NCBI GenBank assembly: GCA_031409275.1
Contig: JANNXA010000028.1
Span: 12,257 to 76,256, forward strand
Source: Planctomycetota bacterium
GTDB taxonomy: Bacteria > Planctomycetota > B15-G4 > SIAN01
Length of the DNA stretch: 64,000 bases
Direction of reading: 5' to 3'
Both the position numbers and the translations under genes were made by a program. Position 1 is the stretch's first letter; every line of letters starts with the position of its first letter. Under the pieces are notes generated by a model. It was not told the origin of the DNA and searched no databases. It was given only the letters and a program-made list of their open reading frames with translations. Shown in pieces: positions 1-9,299 of this stretch.

Positions 1-1
1 G

Positions 2-148
2 TTCGACGCGAACGGCGAGCTTCAACTCCTCGCCGACACCGACCCGAGCGTCAGCGGCCACGACTTCACCATCACGGGTTACGCGGAGAACCCCTCCGGC
101 CGAGGTCCGCTGATGGTCTCGACCACCCAGACCGTCTCGGTGCAGTAG
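2..148 (+). CDS. 3' end of a hypothetical protein, partial at the window edge
   Basis: Open frame 2 with host-like C/G-ending codons, ...FDANGELQLLADTDPSVSGHDFTITGYAENPSGRGPLMVSTTQTVSVQ, TAG at 146-148. Confidence 0.65.
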   Translation, partial: FDANGELQLLADTDPSVSGHDFTITGYAENPSGRGPLMVSTTQTVSVQ

Positions 149-216
149 GACGGTCGCCGCAGCTTCCAACACCCTTCCGCCTCTCCTCGATTCCCAAGCC
201 TCTGGAGGATCCGACG

Positions 217-699
217 ATGTCGACCACCACCGCCCTCGAAGCCGTGCCCACGACCGGCCGCGCCCTCCACGCCTCGATGCTCACCGCCTTCGACTACTCC
301 CCCGTCCTCGACACCGCCGTGCAGCACTACGGCCTCTCCCGCGCCGAAGCCTCCTCGCTCTTCGATGGCCTGCTCCAGTGGCTCTCGGCGATCCCCTTCG
401 CGCGTCCGGGTCAGCCGATCCAGATGGTCGAAGCCATCGACCGCCTCTGGCACGCCTTCGTGCTCAACACGAAGCTCTACCGCGCCTTCTGCGACCGGTT
501 CTTTGGCCGCTTCATCGACCACGATCCGCTCGACCGCTACTTCGCCGAACTGTCGAAGAAGCAGTACGCCCGCTTCACGCTCGCGACGCTGACGGAGGAG
601 TTCGGCGACGCGCTCCACCCCGCCTTCCGTGACTTGACCCAGCGCGTCGGCTGCTGCTTCGGGCAGTGCGATGACGGTGGCGACGGCGGGTTGCGCTGA
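217..699 (+). CDS. Glycine-rich-domain (GRDP/DUF1399-like) protein with a Cys/Gly C-terminal tail
   Basis: GGAGG RBS; motif IDRLWHAFVLNTKLYRAFCDRFFGRFIDHDP fits the D-x2-WH-x5-T-x2-Y-x3-C-x4-G pattern of this family; tail GCCFGQCDDGGDGG. Confidence 0.7.
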   Translation: MSTTTALEAVPTTGRALHASMLTAFDYSPVLDTAVQHYGLSRAEASSLFDGLLQWLSAIPFARPGQPIQMVEAIDRLWHAFVLNTKLYRAFCDRFFGRFIDHDPLDRYFAELSKKQYARFTLATLTEEFGDALHPAFRDLTQRVGCCFGQCDDGGDGGLR

Positions 700-806
700 G
701 CGAAGCGCTTCGTCCGACAGCGCGCCGCTACCATCCCGGGCCCGTTCGCAAGGCGGTCGGAGTCCCCGGCCGGTCCGTGCGAACCTTCTCGCCCGGAACG
801 AACTCG

Positions 807-3692
807 ATGAGCCTCGCTCGCTTCGCGTCGGCCGCACGTCACGCCGCGCTCGCTCCGTTCCTCTCGGCGCTCCTCGCCGCTCCGCTCCTCGCCGCGCCGC
901 AGACCGCCGCCACCCCGCAGGTCGCGCCCGCCGTCGAGCGGCGCAAATGGGAGCACGAGAGCTCCGACCTTCCGGTGAACGCGCGCATCCACTTCGGCGC
1001 GCTGAAGAACGGGCTGCGCTATGCGTGGCTCGACAACAAGGAGCCGGCGCAGCGCGTCTACGTGCGCCTGCATGTCGATGCGGGCAGCCTCGGTGAGAGC
1101 GACGCCGAAGCGGGGATGGCCCACTTCCTCGAGCACATGGCGTTCAACGGCTCGAAGAACTTCCCGCCGGGAACGCTGGTCGAGTGGCTGCAGAAGCACG
1201 GGCTTGGCTTCGGCGGCGACACCAACGCGATGACCGACTTCAGCCAGACGATCTACCAGCTCGACCTGCCGACGGCGGACGAGGCGATGGTCGCCGACGG
1301 CCTGAAGGTGATGCGTGATGTGGTCGACGGACTGTTGCTGCTCGACGAGGAGATCGGCTCCGAGAAGGGGGTGATCGACGGCGAGGAGCGCGAGCGCGAG
1401 TCGGCCGACTTCCGCGCCATGCGCAAGTCGCTGGAGACGATGTTCGACGGCACGCTCATCCCGTCGCGCATGCCGATCGGCACGAAGGCTGCGCGCGACG
1501 CCTTCGACAGCAAGTCGATGCGTGCCTTCTACGAGCGCTGGTATCGGCCCGACAACTGCACGCTGCTGATCGTCGGAGACCTCGGCGGTCGCGACCCAGT
1601 GCCGGCGATCGAAACGGCATTCGGCGACCTCGCGGCGCCCACGACACCGCGCACGCCGGAGCCCGCGCGCGGCACTCCGAAGCTCGAGAAGCGTGCGTTC
1701 GCCGTGTACGAGAAGGAGCTGCCCAACGTCACGCTGCAGGTCCAGCTCGCGCGACCGCATGTCCCGGAACCGGACACGCGCGCCGAGCGCATCGAGGACC
1801 TGTCGCTGGCCATCGCGCACACGATGCTGAACTTGCGTTTCGGCGAGCTGGTGAAGAAGGAAGGCACGCCGTTCCTCGGCGCGCAGGTGGGCGAAGGCGG
1901 CGGGCTCAACGTGCTCGATGCCGAGGCGCTCTACGTGGTCGCGGCACCGCCGCAGTGGCAGGCCGCGCTGGCGGCCGCGCAGATCGAGCTGCGCCGCGCG
2001 TTGCAGCACGGCTTCGCCGACGAGGAGCTCGAAGAGGTGCGCGTCGAGTGGCTGCGCGCCTTCGACGAAGCGCTGAAGAGCGAGTCCACGCGCGATAGCG
2101 ACGAGTTCGTGAACGAGCTGCTGGCGGCAAGCGAGGACCGCGTGGTTCCGACCGACGCCGCGACCGACAAGGCGCTGTTCGAGCCGGCGTTGCGCGCGCT
2201 GACCGTCGAGCAGTGCCAGGCGGCGCTGGCGGAGGCGTGGAGCAAGGGCACGTTGGTGGTCGGCATGGTCGGCGGCCTCGACCTCGGGCCGGACGCGGAG
2301 AAGAAGCTGGTCGAAGCGTGGACCGCCGGCAGCAAGGGGGACGTCGCGGCTGGCGTGGAAGAGACCTCTGCGGCCTTCGCCTACGGCTCCGACCCGAAGC
2401 AGGTGGGCGCTGTCGCGACGCGCGCGGCCGATGCCGAGTACGGCTTCGAAGAGGTCGTCTTCGCCAACGGCGTGCGGCTGCTGGTGAAGAAGACCGACTT
2501 CAAGGAGCGCGAGATCCTGGTGCGAGCGTTGGTCGGCGAAGGTTCGCTCTCGCTCGATCCGAAGGAGAGCCCGCTGCGCCTCTTCGCGCAGCAGACCTTC
2601 GCGGCGGGCGGCGTCGGTCGCCATTCGGCCGACGACCTGCGTCGGCTCACGGCCGGCAAGCAGGTGGGGGTCGGCTTCCAGATCAGCGAAGACGCCTTCG
2701 TGTTCAGCGGCGGGACGACGCGCGAAGACCTGCTGATGCAGTGCGAGCTCACCTGCGCCTACCTGACCGATCCGGGTCTGCGTGAGGAGGGCGCCACGCC
2801 GTTCCGACGCGCGCTGCCGCAGATCTACGAGTCGCAGAAGCACCAGCACGGCGGCGTGCTCGCCACCGAGTTCCTGCCGACGCTCTACGGCAACGATCCG
2901 CGCGTCGCGTTCCCGGCGCTCGAGGTCGAGCAGGCGATCACCACCGAGCAGGTCGGCGCTTGGCTCAAGCCCGCGTTCGCTGGCGCGCCGATCACGCTGG
3001 CGATCGCCGGCGACCTCGACGTCGACGCGACCATCGCGGCCGTGGCGCAGACCTTCGGCACCCTGACGCCGCGGCGCGCACGACTCGCATGGGACGAGCG
3101 GCGCGTCTTCCCGGCGATGAAGGCCGGGCTGCGCACGGAGCTCACCGTCGACACCAACGTCGCCAAGGCGCTGGTGGTGGCGCAGTTCGCGACGACGGAT
3201 GGCGCCGACTCGGCGACGCGCCGGCAGCTCTCTTTCCTGGTCGACGTCGTGAACGACCGTCTGCGGGTCGAAGTCCGCGAGAAGCTCGGCGCTTCCTACA
3301 GCCCGCGCGCAAGCGGCAGCTCGAGCGTCGTCTACCCCGGCAACGGCAACCTCGTGATGCAGGCGCTGACCGAGCCGGACGGTGCCGCGAAGCTTGCGGA
3401 CGCATTGCTCAGCGTCGCCGACACGCTGGCGCGCGATGGAGTGACCGATGCGGAGGTCGATCGGCTGCGGCCGGAGGTGCTGGCTCGCTTGCGCGACATG
3501 CAGCGGATGAACGGCTTCTGGATGGACATGCTGGGCGGGCTTCATTCGGCGCGCCCGGTGCGCAACGACCTGCGCACGCTGATCGAGCATGCAGAGAAGC
3601 TGACGGCGGCGCCGCTCACGGCGCTGGCGAAGAAGTACCTGAAGAAGGAGCTCGCTTCGCTGGCGATCCTGCGGCCGAAGTCGGGCTCCTGA
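807..3692 (+). CDS. M16 family zinc metallopeptidase (insulinase/PqqL-like), exported
   Basis: Signal peptide; inverted zincin motif HFLEH in GMAHFLEHMAFNGS; LKNGLRY; duplicated second half (FANGVRL, REKLGASYS). Confidence 0.92.
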   Translation: MSLARFASAARHAALAPFLSALLAAPLLAAPQTAATPQVAPAVERRKWEHESSDLPVNARIHFGALKNGLRYAWLDNKEPAQRVYVRLHVDAGSLGESDAEAGMAHFLEHMAFNGSKNFPPGTLVEWLQKHGLGFGGDTNAMTDFSQTIYQLDLPTADEAMVADGLKVMRDVVDGLLLLDEEIGSEKGVIDGEERERESADFRAMRKSLETMFDGTLIPSRMPIGTKAARDAFDSKSMRAFYERWYRPDNCTLLIVGDLGGRDPVPAIETAFGDLAAPTTPRTPEPARGTPKLEKRAFAVYEKELPNVTLQVQLARPHVPEPDTRAERIEDLSLAIAHTMLNLRFGELVKKEGTPFLGAQVGEGGGLNVLDAEALYVVAAPPQWQAALAAAQIELRRALQHGFADEELEEVRVEWLRAFDEALKSESTRDSDEFVNELLAASEDRVVPTDAATDKALFEPALRALTVEQCQAALAEAWSKGTLVVGMVGGLDLGPDAEKKLVEAWTAGSKGDVAAGVEETSAAFAYGSDPKQVGAVATRAADAEYGFEEVVFANGVRLLVKKTDFKEREILVRALVGEGSLSLDPKESPLRLFAQQTFAAGGVGRHSADDLRRLTAGKQVGVGFQISEDAFVFSGGTTREDLLMQCELTCAYLTDPGLREEGATPFRRALPQIYESQKHQHGGVLATEFLPTLYGNDPRVAFPALEVEQAITTEQVGAWLKPAFAGAPITLAIAGDLDVDATIAAVAQTFGTLTPRRARLAWDERRVFPAMKAGLRTELTVDTNVAKALVVAQFATTDGADSATRRQLSFLVDVVNDRLRVEVREKLGASYSPRASGSSSVVYPGNGNLVMQALTEPDGAAKLADALLSVADTLARDGVTDAEVDRLRPEVLARLRDMQRMNGFWMDMLGGLHSARPVRNDLRTLIEHAEKLTAAPLTALAKKYLKKELASLAILRPKSGS

Positions 3693-3730
3693 GCGACGCC
3701 CCCTTCCCTCGCGGCGCAGCGCACTCGATC

Positions 3731-5548
3731 ATGCGCCACGTGAGCAGCTGCGATACGAGCCAGCGATCGACGCGACGCCGCTTTGCGGCGGCGGCGGTGT
3801 TGTTCTCCAGCGGCGCGATGCTGGCGATCGCTGGTTGCGGCGACGCGCCGGTGCAGGAGGCGCCGTCCACGAAGCAGGCACCGGCGCCTGCACCAGCACC
3901 GGTGACGCCGGCTGCGCCCGTTCTGCCGGCCGCTCCACGTGGCGTCTGGTACGCGGCGCCGCGGTCCGACGATCCGTCGTTTCCGATCGTGCATGGTCGA
4001 CCGCGCGGCCAAGTGGAGTTGCTGGCCGAGGTGATCGGCAGCGGCGTTGGCCTGATCGACTACGACCGCGACGGCGATCTCGACCTCTTCTTCCCGATGG
4101 GGCGAGTCCTCGGCGATGCGGCGGATGCCAGCAGCGATCGGCTGCTGCGCAATCGCGGCGACGGCACGTTCGAGGATGTGACGGCGGCGGCGGGGGTCGG
4201 CGACGACGGCTACGGTTTCGGCTGCGCGGTCGGCGACTACGACCGCGACGGGTTCGACGACCTCTTCGTGTGCAACTGGGGATGCGACCGCCTGCTGCGC
4301 AATCGCGGGGACGGGACGTTCGAGGATGCGACCGAGCGGGCGGGCGTCGGCGACGATGACTGGTCGACCTGCGCGGCGTTCGGCGACGCGGATGGCGACG
4401 GCGACCTCGACCTCTACGTCGCCCGCTACTTCCATCTCGACGCGGCGGCGCCACCCAACGGTGGCCGCCCCTGCCAGTTCGGACCGATCAAGGCGCCGTG
4501 CGGCCCGCAGTGGGAACCAGCGGTGCCCGACTTGTTGTGGCGCAACGACGGCGACGGGACCTTCACCGATGTCTCGGTCGAGTCGGGGATCCGCGCCGTG
4601 CGGCCGAGCTACGGCTTCGCGCTCACGTTCTGCGACGTCGACGACGACGGGAAGCTCGATCTCTTCGTCGGCAACGACAGCCTGCCGAACTTCCTGTTCC
4701 ACAATCTCGGCGGCCTTCGCTTCGAGGAGGTCGGCGTCGCGACGGGCGTCTCGGCGAACCTCGATGGCCTCGACCAGGCGTGCATGGGCGTCGACGTCGC
4801 CGACTTCAACGATGACGGTCACGAAGACCTGGTCGTGACCAATTTCTCGAACGACTACAACACCGTCTATCGCAACGCCGGCGGCATGGTGTTCGACGAC
4901 GTCACCCGTGTCATTGGCCTGGGCGAGGCGTCGTGGTGGACGCTCGGTTGGGGGACCAAGTTCTTCGACGCCGACTGCGACGGCGATCTCGATTACTTCG
5001 TCGCCAACGGGCATCTCTATCCCGACACCACCGGCGTCGCCTCGCTCGAGCACGAGCAGCTGAATCACCTCTTCTTGCAGTCGAACGGCCGTTTCGAGCT
5101 GGTTTCGAGCGTCGCGGGTCCCGGCCTGGCGATGAAGAAGTCGAGCCGCGGCGCGGGCTTTGGCGACCTCGACGGCGATGGTTGGATCGAACTGGTGGTC
5201 GTGGAACTCGAAGGCCCGCCTTCGATCCTGCGCGCGACCCCGCAGCCCGGAGTCCATCGCGCCCTGGTGGAGCTGCTGCCCGGCGCTGATCACCGTCCGG
5301 TCGACCACGCTCGTGTCACCGTGCGCGCCGGCGGCCGGACGCAGACGCGGCGCATGAACCGCGGCGGCTCGTTCGCATCGTCGAACGATCCGCGCGTGCA
5401 CTTCGGGCTCGGCGCCGCGGCCACGATCGACGAGCTGGTGGTGCGCTGGCCCGACGGGATCGAAACGCGCTTCGCCGGGTTGCCGGCCGATCGCCGCATC
5501 CGCATCGCGCGTGACGGCGCGGCTCCGCAGTTCGAGGTGCTGCGATGA
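3731..5548 (+). CDS. CRTAC1-family lipoprotein (FG-GAP/VCBS repeats plus ASPIC/UnbV domain)
   Basis: Lipobox IAGC; repeats DYDRDGDLDL, DADGDGDLDL, NRGDGTFEDVT; C-terminal GGSFASSNDPRVHFGLG...VRWPDG. The upstream part of the 862-aa ORF overlaps the M16 gene, so ATG 3731 was chosen. Confidence 0.9.
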   Translation: MRHVSSCDTSQRSTRRRFAAAAVLFSSGAMLAIAGCGDAPVQEAPSTKQAPAPAPAPVTPAAPVLPAAPRGVWYAAPRSDDPSFPIVHGRPRGQVELLAEVIGSGVGLIDYDRDGDLDLFFPMGRVLGDAADASSDRLLRNRGDGTFEDVTAAAGVGDDGYGFGCAVGDYDRDGFDDLFVCNWGCDRLLRNRGDGTFEDATERAGVGDDDWSTCAAFGDADGDGDLDLYVARYFHLDAAAPPNGGRPCQFGPIKAPCGPQWEPAVPDLLWRNDGDGTFTDVSVESGIRAVRPSYGFALTFCDVDDDGKLDLFVGNDSLPNFLFHNLGGLRFEEVGVATGVSANLDGLDQACMGVDVADFNDDGHEDLVVTNFSNDYNTVYRNAGGMVFDDVTRVIGLGEASWWTLGWGTKFFDADCDGDLDYFVANGHLYPDTTGVASLEHEQLNHLFLQSNGRFELVSSVAGPGLAMKKSSRGAGFGDLDGDGWIELVVVELEGPPSILRATPQPGVHRALVELLPGADHRPVDHARVTVRAGGRTQTRRMNRGGSFASSNDPRVHFGLGAAATIDELVVRWPDGIETRFAGLPADRRIRIARDGAAPQFEVLR

Positions 5549-6567
5549 AGGCCCTCGTCGCGGGACTGGTCATGCTCTTCATCGTCGCGGGCGGCGCGGC
5601 GGCGCGCGCGCAGGCGCCGCAAGGCAAGGCTGGCAACGAGGCGACCCGCATCGAGCAGTCGCTGAAAGCGCTGCGCCAAGGGCGCGAAGTCGAAGCCAAC
5701 CTCGCATTCCTGCGCGCATCGATCGATCGTGCGGCGGATCCGAGTGCCGTCGCCCAGCAGATCGGCAGCGCCCTCTTCGTCGACGGGCGCTACGCGTTGG
5801 CCGTCGACTTCTTCGCGATGGCGCGCGCGCGCCGGCCCGACGATGGCAGCCTCGCGCTGCTGGTGGGCCGCTCGCACGCGTTGCTCCACCAGTTCGATCC
5901 GGCGTTGGCGGCGCTTGCCGATGCCGATCGGCTGCTGCCGCCCGGTCCTCATCCGATCGTGCACCAGTACGCCGCGATCTGCCTGATGGGGTTGCAGCGT
6001 TTCGACGAGGCCGAGTCGCGGGCGCTTCGCGCCATCGAGGAGGCGAAGGCGTGGAACGCGGCGCTGCCGGAGGGCCGCGCCCCGCTGGATGTGGTCGACT
6101 ACGAGCTGACGCTTGCCAACGTGCTGCATGTCGCCGTGCGGTTCGACGAGGCCCTGGCGCTGCTCGATCAGTTGGCGGCGCGCGCGAAGGAGCCGCTCGA
6201 TCGCTCGAAGGTGGAGCTGCTGCGCGCGAAGATCCTCGACTCCCGCGGCGACGTGGAGGCGGCAGCGCGGGCGTTCGGCGTCGCGCGCGAAGCGACGCCG
6301 GATCGAGTGGAGCCGATCTACGAGATGGCGACCTTCTTCGTCCGTCGGCAACGTCACGCCGAGGCGCGACCGCTGCTCGAACGTGTCGTCGAACTCGATC
6401 CCGACCACGAAGGCGCCTGGTTCAACCTCGCGCGACTGTTGCCGCGGCTCGGCGATGCGGCGGGGGGCAAGGCGGCGATGGCGCGCTACCGGACGCTGCA
6501 CGACGCGAGCCTCGCCGAGGACGCCCACCTCACCGAGTTGCGTCGGGCACTCGACGCCCGGAAGTAG
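5545..6567 (+). CDS. Exported tetratricopeptide-repeat protein
   Basis: ATGA overlap with the upstream gene; signal peptide; TPR-like helices (ARPLLERVVELDPDHEGAWFNLARL). Confidence 0.85.
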   Translation: MKALVAGLVMLFIVAGGAAARAQAPQGKAGNEATRIEQSLKALRQGREVEANLAFLRASIDRAADPSAVAQQIGSALFVDGRYALAVDFFAMARARRPDDGSLALLVGRSHALLHQFDPALAALADADRLLPPGPHPIVHQYAAICLMGLQRFDEAESRALRAIEEAKAWNAALPEGRAPLDVVDYELTLANVLHVAVRFDEALALLDQLAARAKEPLDRSKVELLRAKILDSRGDVEAAARAFGVAREATPDRVEPIYEMATFFVRRQRHAEARPLLERVVELDPDHEGAWFNLARLLPRLGDAAGGKAAMARYRTLHDASLAEDAHLTELRRALDARK

Positions 6568-6628
6568 GCGGCGCGGCCAGACCCGCGTCGGGGGACCTGA
6601 ACGCAGACCCCTTGCCAGGTCCGGCCAT

Positions 6629-6650
6629 ATAGGTTACTACTTGGTCACAT
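6629..6650 (+). promoter_or_regulatory. Putative ArsR-family operator overlapping the start codon
   Basis: AT-rich imperfect inverted repeat AGGTTAC-N6-GTCACAT running into ATG 6649; TTGCCA (-35-like) at 6612-6617. Confidence 0.4.
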
Positions 6651-7509
6651 GTCGTCTGCCACCCGTTCCCGCCATCGGAGCGCTCGCCGCCGCTCGTCCG
6701 ACGCACTGGCGCCGGTGTGGCGTGCATTGGCCGACCCGACGCGGCGCGCGCTGCTCGATCTGCTTCACGATGGTCCGCGCACGACCGGTGCGCTTGCGGC
6801 CGCGTTCCCGTCGTCGCGCTTCGCCGTGATGAAGCACCTGCGCGTGCTGGTCGCGGCGCGTCTCGTCGTCGCGCGAAAGCAGGGGCGCGAGCGGTGGAAC
6901 CATCTCAACGCCGCGCCGCTGGTCGACCTCTACCAGCGCTGGGTCTCGCCGCGCGCCGCGCGTCACGCGACCGCGGCGCTCGCCCTGCGTGCTCATGTCG
7001 AAACCGCCATCCCACTACCAGGAGCTGTCGCCGTGCCGAAGTCCACCAATCCGCCCGCGCTGTGCGTCGAACGTGTCGAGGTCGAGGTCGACATCGCTGC
7101 GACCCCCGAGCGTGTCTGGAAGGCGATCACTCAGGAGGCGACGAAGTGGTGGCGTCGCGACTTCTGCGTGAACAGCGCCGCCAAGGGGTTCGTGATGGAG
7201 GCGAAGGTCGGTGGGCGAGTCTTCGAGGATTGGGGCGATGGCGCCGGTGTCCTCTGGTTCACGATCCTCGCGCTCGATCCCGGTCGCGCGCTCGATCTGG
7301 TGGGTCATGTGACCCCGGCCTTCGGAGGCCCGTCGATCGCGCATCTGCGCCTCGAGCTCGAAGCGCGCGGTAAAGCGACGCGCTTGAAGATCTCTGACGC
7401 GAGCTGGGGCCACGTGACCGGATCGTGTGACGACAAGGCGGGCGGCTGGAAGCTGCTGTTCGGCGACGGTCTCAAGCCCTGGATCGAGTCAGGTCGCGCG
7501 GCCGGGTGA
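6649..7509 (+). CDS. ArsR/SmtB HTH regulator fused to an SRPBCC (AHSA1/START-like) domain
   Basis: ALADPTRRALLDLL...FAVMKHLRVL...GRERWNHLN, then EVDIAATPERVWKAIT...GWKLL. Confidence 0.88.
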   Translation: MSSATRSRHRSARRRSSDALAPVWRALADPTRRALLDLLHDGPRTTGALAAAFPSSRFAVMKHLRVLVAARLVVARKQGRERWNHLNAAPLVDLYQRWVSPRAARHATAALALRAHVETAIPLPGAVAVPKSTNPPALCVERVEVEVDIAATPERVWKAITQEATKWWRRDFCVNSAAKGFVMEAKVGGRVFEDWGDGAGVLWFTILALDPGRALDLVGHVTPAFGGPSIAHLRLELEARGKATRLKISDASWGHVTGSCDDKAGGWKLLFGDGLKPWIESGRAAG

Positions 7510-8926
7510 GCACGGCGAGCAGCGTGCCGCCGACGACCCAAGCGAGGAAGACCACGACCTGCTCGATCCACGTCGCGTCCTGCGTGATGAGGAAGCCGAG
7601 GAAAGCGGACGCGCCGAGCCCGAGCAGGGGGATCGGCCAGCGGCCGCCGGGCAGATGAAAGCCGACGGCGCCGTCGGGACGATGGGCGCGCAGCTTGATC
7701 ACGGCGAGGCAAGTGGAGGCGTACTGGACCAGCACGGCGAGGTTCGAGAGGGCAGTGAGCCGCTCGAACGCCGCCGCGCCGCCGAGCGCGTCGATCAGCG
7801 AGAAGAGCGTTCCGAACAAGGCCGCGACGGTGGTGACGACGACCGCGGTGACGGGCGTCGCGCGGGTCGGGTGGTGGCGCGCGAAGCTCCTCGGCAGCAA
7901 CCCGTCCTGGCCGAGGGCGACGAGGAACCGCGGCGCGCAGAACATCGTCACGGCGGCGAAGCCGAGCATCGAGATGCAGGCGCCCGCGGCCATCAGTTTC
8001 TCGCCGCCGTGGCCGAGGAAGCCGCTCGCGGCGTGGGCGAGCGGACGGATCGAGCTCGCCTCGATGGTGGCGAGGTCGGGGCAGGTGCCGACGGCCACGA
8101 CCTGGATCAAGCAGTAGAAGACGGCGCTACCGAGCAGCGCCAGCGTGACGGCGCGCGGCACGTCACGACGCGCGTCCTTCAGTTCGCCGGCGGGCACCGG
8201 AACGACCTCGAATCCCTGCAGTGGATAGAAGGCCGCGAAGAGGGCGGCGCCGAGCGCGGTGAAGGTGCCGCTCGTGGCGCCGGTGGTGGCGTTGATCGCG
8301 TTCGCCGCGGTGCTTGCGGCGGCCGCCGTCGTCTCGCCGGTGGGCCACCACGAGAGCCGGCTCCAATCGACCGCGAAGAGCCCGAAGCCGACGAAGGCAA
8401 GCAGCGGCAACAGCTTGGCGACGGTGAGGAAGGTGGCGGTCCCGGCGGCCGATTTCACGCCGCGGCAGTTGAGCCACCCGAGCAGCAGCACGAGCGCGAT
8501 GGCGATCGTGGCGCTTGCCGCCTTGCCGTCGGCGCCAGGAAAGAAGACCGCGAGGTAGCCGGGAATGCCGGTGACGGACGCCGCGAGCGCCGCCCACATC
8601 GAGATCCACGCGGTCCATGCCACCACGAAGCCGGGCCACTTGCCAAACGCGCGGCGAGCGTAGAGGTAGGGGCCGCCCGCCTCGTCGTGGCGGGTCGACA
8701 TCGAGGCGAAGCAGAGCGCGACGGTGACCAGCAGCAGACCGTCGAGGGCGAACGCGATCCACGATGCGCCCCCGAGGAGACGGGCGAGCTCGCTTGGCTT
8801 GCGGTAGATGCCGGAGCCGACGATGTTGTTGATGCCGATGCACAGCACGGTGAAGAGCCCGAGCTGCCGAACGGCGTGGCGAGTGGCTCCTCGGCCGTCG
8901 TCTTCCGCCACCCCCTCGCCCGCCAT
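7472..8926 (-). CDS. APC-family amino acid permease
   Basis: GINNIVGSGIY, AGGPYLYARRAFG, GFEVVPVPAGELKDARRDVPRA; about 12 hydrophobic segments; GGGAGG RBS before ATG 8926. Confidence 0.92.
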   Translation of the reverse strand: MAGEGVAEDDGRGATRHAVRQLGLFTVLCIGINNIVGSGIYRKPSELARLLGGASWIAFALDGLLLVTVALCFASMSTRHDEAGGPYLYARRAFGKWPGFVVAWTAWISMWAALAASVTGIPGYLAVFFPGADGKAASATIAIALVLLLGWLNCRGVKSAAGTATFLTVAKLLPLLAFVGFGLFAVDWSRLSWWPTGETTAAAASTAANAINATTGATSGTFTALGAALFAAFYPLQGFEVVPVPAGELKDARRDVPRAVTLALLGSAVFYCLIQVVAVGTCPDLATIEASSIRPLAHAASGFLGHGGEKLMAAGACISMLGFAAVTMFCAPRFLVALGQDGLLPRSFARHHPTRATPVTAVVVTTVAALFGTLFSLIDALGGAAAFERLTALSNLAVLVQYASTCLAVIKLRAHRPDGAVGFHLPGGRWPIPLLGLGASAFLGFLITQDATWIEQVVVFLAWVVGGTLLAVLTRPRDLTRSRA

Positions 8927-8995
8927 CGTCGTCCTCCCGGCACCCGCCCCCATTCCGAGGGCCGCGCGACGCAGGACATACCACGCCTCCTCCTA

Positions 8996-9288
8996 GGTGG
9001 CGGGGATCTTTCCCCCGCGCCACCCGCACCCCTTCGGTGGCGGGGATCTTTCATCCGCTGCGTCCGCACACCGAGAGTCACGATTGAACGGACTCCTCTC
9101 GGCGGACGATCGGCTCGGGTCCTACCGTTCGCTGAGTCCACGCCTGCTGACGACGCATCGGTGCGGGAACGGCGGATGAAAGATCCCCGCCACAGCGCGT
9201 CCACCGACGACGTGCCCCGGGGAAGCCGCCCAACGCGGCGCCGATCGGCTGAGGGTGCGGGAAAGGTGGAGGAAAGATCCCCGCCACC
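8996..9288. repeat. Cluster of four ~35-bp REP-like units (two direct, two inverted)
   Basis: Core GGTGGCGGGGATCTTTC at 8996-9012 and 9036-9052; reverse complement at 9178-9193 and 9272-9288; each unit ends in CCGCAC(C/A). Confidence 0.85.
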
Positions 9289-9299
9289 GTGTGGGGGCA

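Noticed and set aside
8996..9288. Repeat cluster as a CRISPR array
   Set aside because: Copies are in both orientations with irregular spacing, and no cas genes are in the window
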